A program made the translations under genes and the position numbers. A DNA stretch of 59,625 bases from a virus (taxonomy: Duplodnaviria; Caudoviricetes), in IMG/VR virus record IMGVR_UViG_3300020044_004496, positions 1 through 59,625 of that record; one strand, written 5' to 3'. Each line of letters starts with the position of its first letter. Position 1 is the stretch's first letter. Below the pieces are notes generated by a model. The model was not told where the DNA came from and ran no database searches. It was given only the letters and a program-made list of their open reading frames with translations. This document shows positions 54,539 through 59,625 of this stretch, one piece after another.

Positions 54539-54919
54539 TTACGCGTGGGAAAGGCCGCGCGGATCTTCAACCACGGCTTCCACGGTGTCGTCATTGATGA
54601 TGCGGAATTCCCGGTCATGAATCCTCATGCGGGTTCCGGCGTACGTCCGGGTCAAGACAAAGTCGCCTTTTTTGCACCACGGGCCGGTTGGGAACCGATC
54701 CTTGTCGCTATAAGCCATCTCACCAAGCTCAACCACAAACAACACTTGCGTGGTCAATTCCTCTCGGTTGACGGTCGTCTCTGCCTTGATCAAACCACCT
54801 TCATACTTCGCTTCAATATGAGGCACCATACAAAGGATCTTGTATCCCTTTGGTATTGGTAACTGCTTTGCCTTTTCTTCTGCGGTTTGTTGCGTTGCAT
54901 CAACATCAATATCACTCAT
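54539..54919 (-). CDS. groES: GroES-like co-chaperonin
   Basis: PKGYKIL, GGLI, VVELG, KGDFVL..YAG, RIINDD.V.AVV. Confidence 0.8.
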   Translation of the reverse strand: MSDIDVDATQQTAEEKAKQLPIPKGYKILCMVPHIEAKYEGGLIKAETTVNREELTTQVLFVVELGEMAYSDKDRFPTGPWCKKGDFVLTRTYAGTRMRIHDREFRIINDDTVEAVVEDPRGLSHA

Positions 54920-55112
54920 CGTCTTCGTGCTCCAGTCGGTTTGCAAGGTCTGAGATAACACCAAGTGCGCGATCCAGACCCTGAATGATCCCGCACAATT
55001 TTGCATACTCCGCAATGTCCTTGAGCGAACCTTGCGAGATGAACTGTTCCATTTCCTTGCGCTCTTCCAAGAGTTTGGTCTTGAGATAATCTAGAGCGGT
55101 GTCGTAATTCAC
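54912..55112 (-). CDS. Hypothetical head-module protein
   Basis: EY..LCG.IQGL; between portal and GroES. Confidence 0.65.
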   Translation of the reverse strand: MNYDTALDYLKTKLLEERKEMEQFISQGSLKDIAEYAKLCGIIQGLDRALGVISDLANRLEHEDDE

Positions 55113-57574
55113 TGAGTCACCTTCCTTTCAGGTTTGTTTTGCATACGCGCTTTGGCAATGTCTATGCCCATGCGCATCCCTTCGCGCTCGTCTTCGCGCT
55201 TGGCTGCGTCCTTGGCTTTTGCCACTTCAATGCCAAGACGTGTTCCTTCCAATTCCTGCCGGCCTTGGATTTCTTGCTCGCGCAAACGTAGCTCGTCTGC
55301 TTTTGCAGCTGCCTCGGCAGCCATTTTTTTCTCTTTGATCTCGACCTCTTTTGCCTTGATCTGAAGCTCTTGCTGCTGCATTTGAATGAGCGGATCTTGG
55401 GCTTGTTGCTGAGCCTGCATCATTTGCGCTTCAGCTTGATCTTTCTGAAGCAGTTTTGCAGCTGCCTGAGCAGCCAGTTGGGACAGTTGGACTTCAACTT
55501 CAGGCGGCAAAGTACGATCTTCGCTTTCTGTAGACATCGGAGGCAGAGCGGCGCCAAGCATCTTCTCAATTTCTTTGCGGTACTGAAATGCCACATGCTC
55601 CATGACGTGCGCTTGGGCTGCGGCCATGATTGATTGTGCTTGCGGGTTTTGGCCCATCACAGCTGCCAGCTTAGGATCTTTCATCGCAGCCATATGAACA
55701 GCCAAGTGCGCTTCGTGATCCTGATACAGGAACGCTTTGACAGGCTTGCCTTGCATGATGTTCATGTTCTCGGTCACTGGATCGACCGGCTTCATGTCTT
55801 CTTTTAAGGGAACAATCTTGGCCGCGTTCTTCACGCCAAGCGTCTCAATCATCTGGCGGTGCAGCACGGGTAGGTCGTATATCTGCGGCGCCGTTTGTGA
55901 TAGCTGGAGAACAGCTTGATACTGCACAACCCTTTGGCTCATGGTCGAGGCATTGGGATCAGACACTGGCAGCACATCAGTGTGATCGTAGTCCGACTTT
56001 TTGGCTTTCTTGCTGCCAACTTCAGGCTGATAGCTGTACTCATCCGGCGTGTTGTCTCGGATGATTCGCGCCAAAAGCTTGAACTCTTGCTTCATGGTGT
56101 AGTAAATGCGAGCCTGAACTGCGCTCATCACTTTCAACATGCGCTCAAGAACAGCGAGGGTCGTGCCAACAGGAGACTGAGCGGAGGTATCACTGATCTT
56201 CAGATCGGCAACAGCAGCAAAGCGCCGGCCGTCTTCTACAATCTTGTCCATCAGCGAAACCAAGACTTGGCTTGGGTCTTTGTACGGCAGCGGCAAGATG
56301 TTGTCGCGCATCGCACCAGAGGGGATGTCTACATCACGCCATTCACCCGGGCCAATGGGAGTATCGTCGCCTTTGATTCGCATGCCGCGAGTCTTCAATC
56401 CACCGGGCAAGTTAGACAGCGTGCCGGCATCAACCAGCTGTCGCATCAACGAGGTGGCAGCGTAGGCATGGCCACCAATCAGGTGGATCAAGCCAAAATA
56501 GTAAAAGCCAAAGCCTGGGATGTATCCATAGTGTACGAAATGCTGGCGCTTGGCTTTGAGTTTGTCGTTTTCCAACCAGTTACGACGCACAGCTAGAACC
56601 GTTTGCGTACCTTTTTCAATGGTCACCACATAGGGCAAAGCAATCCCAGTTGGGTTGCCGTCATCGTCTTTATCTTCATATCCCTCAAGATCAAGATCGA
56701 TGTGCATCTCAAGCAGCTGGAACCGGTCGTCCATCGTGGCGGACAGTCCAGTCTCTTTGTCTTTTTGCTGCTGAACTTCATCCATCGTTCTGACAGGATC
56801 GCCCAGATCCACGTCCCGATAGAACCCTGCTACTTGAAGTTTTCTAACTTCGTTTTTGGTTTTGCGCATGCGATGAGTCACACGTTCTGCTGACTCAAGA
56901 TTGGCCGCGCCGTAGGGGACGATAAGATCTTCAGCCTGAATGAACATCGCGGTTTGGCGATTAAGGCTGGGGTCGAAATAGATTTTCTTGAATGCGTTGC
57001 CAGACAAACAAAGACTGATCAACAGACGCTCATGTTCAGGGCGGTACTCTTGCATCACCTCGGTGAGTTGATAGTTCATATCATCTGCAACACGAACCGA
57101 AGCGTCTTTTTTCTCGGGCGTTTCTTTTCCAATGATCTGAGTCTTGACAGGACCCATTGCTGGAAAAGTTTCCATGATCGTTTCAGACTGGAACTTGACC
57201 GCGCTCTCCATCAGAATAGGATGGAACACACCACACGCACCTGACCACGGCTCAGTCCGTTCTTCATAGTCCAGACCCAAGAGCTTCAAACCCTTGATAT
57301 AGGTGTTCAGCCAGTCTTTGCGTGAGCTGATGTCGGTGTCGTAATCCGCAATCAGGTCAGCGGCCAAGGTCGCCAACACTCGCTCATCCATTTCTTCAGC
57401 CAAGTTGGCTTTGAAGTCTTCGCTTTTGTCTTGTGCCGGCATGAGATCAATCTCCATGCCATCAATCCCAATCTTTACGGCCTCCGGATTTTCAATTTCA
57501 ATTTCAATATCCGGCTCGTCAACCAGAGATTCCAACCCTTGCGGTGCTTGGTATAGTGCTTTATCGACTGCCAT
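55109..57574 (-). CDS. Portal protein
   Basis: 821 aa, follows terminase; P22-like long Gln-rich C-terminal helix. Confidence 0.85.
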   Translation of the reverse strand: MAVDKALYQAPQGLESLVDEPDIEIEIENPEAVKIGIDGMEIDLMPAQDKSEDFKANLAEEMDERVLATLAADLIADYDTDISSRKDWLNTYIKGLKLLGLDYEERTEPWSGACGVFHPILMESAVKFQSETIMETFPAMGPVKTQIIGKETPEKKDASVRVADDMNYQLTEVMQEYRPEHERLLISLCLSGNAFKKIYFDPSLNRQTAMFIQAEDLIVPYGAANLESAERVTHRMRKTKNEVRKLQVAGFYRDVDLGDPVRTMDEVQQQKDKETGLSATMDDRFQLLEMHIDLDLEGYEDKDDDGNPTGIALPYVVTIEKGTQTVLAVRRNWLENDKLKAKRQHFVHYGYIPGFGFYYFGLIHLIGGHAYAATSLMRQLVDAGTLSNLPGGLKTRGMRIKGDDTPIGPGEWRDVDIPSGAMRDNILPLPYKDPSQVLVSLMDKIVEDGRRFAAVADLKISDTSAQSPVGTTLAVLERMLKVMSAVQARIYYTMKQEFKLLARIIRDNTPDEYSYQPEVGSKKAKKSDYDHTDVLPVSDPNASTMSQRVVQYQAVLQLSQTAPQIYDLPVLHRQMIETLGVKNAAKIVPLKEDMKPVDPVTENMNIMQGKPVKAFLYQDHEAHLAVHMAAMKDPKLAAVMGQNPQAQSIMAAAQAHVMEHVAFQYRKEIEKMLGAALPPMSTESEDRTLPPEVEVQLSQLAAQAAAKLLQKDQAEAQMMQAQQQAQDPLIQMQQQELQIKAKEVEIKEKKMAAEAAAKADELRLREQEIQGRQELEGTRLGIEVAKAKDAAKREDEREGMRMGIDIAKARMQNKPERKVTQ

Positions 57575-57583
57575 GATATGTCC

Positions 57584-58114
57584 TTATCGAAATTTTGGGC
57601 CAGTAAGCCATAGTGTAGCTGTATACCTAATGCCTTGCATTACTGGGGCAACCCTGTGCGATATGAATGAAGGAAACGCAATCAAAGTGCCTTTGGTTAG
57701 TACGGGCGCATGAAGCTCTGACTTGAATCGCAGCTCAAACTCCCCGCCTTTGAATTCCTCTTGGTTGTTCAGCAAACAAATTACAGTGATCTTTCGGTCT
57801 AGCTGTGAATCTGAAAGCAATATCGTATCAATGTGCCAATTAAAGTGGTCGCCAACACCATAAGAAGCCAACTGTATTGGTTCATACCCACCAATAGCTA
57901 AGCCCCATCCTTCTTGGGAATTTGCCAGCATGCCAAAGTTGGCCATGATCCCAGTAAACCAATGATCTTGTGGGGCAAACCCTACATTGCAGTTCCTGTC
58001 TTCAGTATTCAAATGAAGATCTGAGTCCAATTTGCCCTTGGTCATGTTGCTGCTGTCAAACTTTGCGCAATCACACACCACGGGCGGTATTTTTGTGGAC
58101 TGATAGATGTTCAT
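57584..58114 (-). CDS. 2OG-Fe(II) oxygenase (prolyl-hydroxylase-like)
   Basis: WHID, RKIT, GGEFE, FPSF..HRVAPV..G.RY. Confidence 0.9.
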   Translation of the reverse strand: MNIYQSTKIPPVVCDCAKFDSSNMTKGKLDSDLHLNTEDRNCNVGFAPQDHWFTGIMANFGMLANSQEGWGLAIGGYEPIQLASYGVGDHFNWHIDTILLSDSQLDRKITVICLLNNQEEFKGGEFELRFKSELHAPVLTKGTLIAFPSFISHRVAPVMQGIRYTATLWLTGPKFR

Positions 58115-59619
58115 TAGTAGTAGGCGTGCCGTCTAGATTTGAATTCTCGCACAGGGTCTTCTTCGTCCATATCAACCCGAATAAACCCGCCTTTTCTGAA
58201 TCGCATCAGCGCCAGAGATACGGTATCCACATAGTCGTCGTGATCTCCAGCTGGAAAAGAGGCGACTTCATCAATCACTTCTTCTGCCCAGCTCATGTTT
58301 GGCGCCCAGACTCTACCCGAAGCGAACAAATCTGACACGGCATTTAGTCTGGTGATCTTGTCGTTACCCTTTGTGGGCGTAAAGTCTTGCACCATAATCC
58401 CCGCTGCTCTCATCTCATAGATCAACGGCGCCCCTGAAGCTTTCTTTTCAATGATGACGGAGTCCGGCTGCCATTCATCATGCTCTGCTTTGACCATTCT
58501 TTTGAGATCTGGGAACTCAACCCGATCCCGAACTGCATTCAACAAGATGATATTGGCCTGATCCCGACCTTTGTCGTCTGGGTGGTAGAACACACCCCAA
58601 GTTGTGCCGGCCGAATAGTCCGCCCTGTTATTTTTTTCAAACGCCGTATCCCAAGCCTGCAAAATGAACTCACAAACCGGGGCTGAAGCACCCTCCCAAA
58701 TCCTCCACCACTCCCTTTTCACAATCGCTGAGGACTCAGAAGTCGGGTTTTGCTGGTACTGAGCTTGCCATTTACTGTTTGGCAGCTCCTCTTTTAGCGC
58801 TTCAAGCTCTTCAAGTGACCAAAACTCAGGCCAAACCGGCTTTCCAGAAGGCAAAATAGCAGGAAATTCAATGACTTCCCACTCATCCCCGCCCCTTTGG
58901 GCTGCTGCCTTTAGCACCTGACCCGTCAAATCCCGCTTTGCCCAGCGCGTCATCACTATAACTATAGCCCCACCAGGCTGTAGACGCTGTCGAGGACCGG
59001 AAGTAAACCATTCATACGTCCGATCAAACACACTGGGATCACTTTCGGCTAATTTTGCCTCTTGTTCTGAGTGCGGGTCATCGATGATGATCAAGTCACC
59101 ACCCTTACCAGTTACTGTTCCGTCCACACCAATTGCAAAATACTCGCCGTCTTTATTTGTGGACCACCGGCCGGCAGCCGTAGAGTCGTGTCTCAGTGAT
59201 ACGTTTGGGAAGACCTTCCCATACAACGGCCCATCAATCAGGTTTCGGGTTTTCCGGCCAAAACCCACCGCCAGCTCCGACGTATTTGAGGCCTGGATTA
59301 CCTTCTTATGTGGGAACTTCCCCAAGAACCAGCTTGGAAACAAAAACGACGCAAACTCAGACTTCGTATGCCGAGGCGGCATATTGATGATCAGGCGCTT
59401 GATCTTGCCAGAAGCAATCTCTTCGAACTTCTTAGCCATAACCTTATGGTGGCGCCCGTCTACAAAGCCCGGCCACATAGCGTGAGCAAACTTCATAAAG
59501 TCCACCTGAGCCTTCTCGCGCTTCAAACTGGCCTGGTACTCGGCCAAGTCCGTCATAAACGCTTCTTGTTCGTTTATGGGAAGCTGTGAAATCGCCTCGG
59601 TTATCTTGTCAATGTTCAT
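58114..59619 (-). CDS. terL: Terminase large subunit
   Basis: MPPRHTKS, IIIDDPH, VMTRW, YQQNP, AWDTA, HDDYVD. Confidence 0.95.
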   Translation of the reverse strand: MNIDKITEAISQLPINEQEAFMTDLAEYQASLKREKAQVDFMKFAHAMWPGFVDGRHHKVMAKKFEEIASGKIKRLIINMPPRHTKSEFASFLFPSWFLGKFPHKKVIQASNTSELAVGFGRKTRNLIDGPLYGKVFPNVSLRHDSTAAGRWSTNKDGEYFAIGVDGTVTGKGGDLIIIDDPHSEQEAKLAESDPSVFDRTYEWFTSGPRQRLQPGGAIVIVMTRWAKRDLTGQVLKAAAQRGGDEWEVIEFPAILPSGKPVWPEFWSLEELEALKEELPNSKWQAQYQQNPTSESSAIVKREWWRIWEGASAPVCEFILQAWDTAFEKNNRADYSAGTTWGVFYHPDDKGRDQANIILLNAVRDRVEFPDLKRMVKAEHDEWQPDSVIIEKKASGAPLIYEMRAAGIMVQDFTPTKGNDKITRLNAVSDLFASGRVWAPNMSWAEEVIDEVASFPAGDHDDYVDTVSLALMRFRKGGFIRVDMDEEDPVREFKSRRHAYY

Positions 59620-59625
59620 CGCTAA

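Larger units (their letters stand above)
1..59625. mobile_element. Tailed dsDNA bacteriophage (Caudoviricetes) genome segment, probably podovirus-like
   Basis: Terminase, portal, major capsid, endolysin/holins, primase/helicase, ERF and RusA; dense overlapping start/stop codons; no host housekeeping genes. Confidence 0.97.

Noticed and set aside
19030-59589. Numerous + strand ORFs opposite the structural genes
   Set aside because: Antisense shadows of GC-rich coding sequence; no RBS or motifs
1-59625. Alternative genetic code or stop-codon reassignment
   Set aside because: Long genes are intact under the standard code, and TAA, TAG and TGA all end genes at sensible junctions

Overview
The window is a large part (probably most) of a ~55% GC tailed dsDNA bacteriophage genome. 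No integrase, DNA polymerase, tRNA or CRISPR array was recognised. Layout: (i) 1-2 kb, end of a + strand run of tiny ORFs. (ii) 2-5.2 kb, - strand replication operon (ParB-like/HTH protein, SF2 helicase, TOPRIM primase) behind a ~480-nt structured leader. (iii) A divergent promoter region at 5.65-5.8 kb. (iv) 5.8-18.2 kb, + strand early/middle operon (PD-(D/E)XK exonuclease, ERF recombinase, SSB-like, SPFH, MazG-like, and ~35 small mosaic ORFs). (v) An unannotated promoter-to-terminator small RNA at 18.2-18.3 kb, then RusA. (vi) 18.7-59.6 kb, - strand morphogenesis module (terminase, portal, GroES, scaffold, gpT-like capsid, basic core proteins, adaptors, Gly-rich fibres, holins, GH108 endolysin, ejection proteins, and a 3123-aa polyvalent protein). 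There is no obvious tape-measure or sheath gene, so podovirus-like morphology is inferred. The most notable unexplained structure is an apparent RNA/DNA regulatory circuit. It includes a ~93-nt sRNA whose first loop is complementary to the ribosome-binding sites of the first gene of both divergent early operons, and an identical 26-bp palindromic site (everted parS-like half-sites) at both the divergent promoters and the sRNA locus. It also includes a switch-like leader RNA and two covarying loop-E stem RNAs flanking a gene cassette. A recurring [MFY]-[AKE]-x-G-G motif across virion proteins suggests a di-glycine maturation or targeting signal. All product calls come from motif recognition by eye, not database searches.
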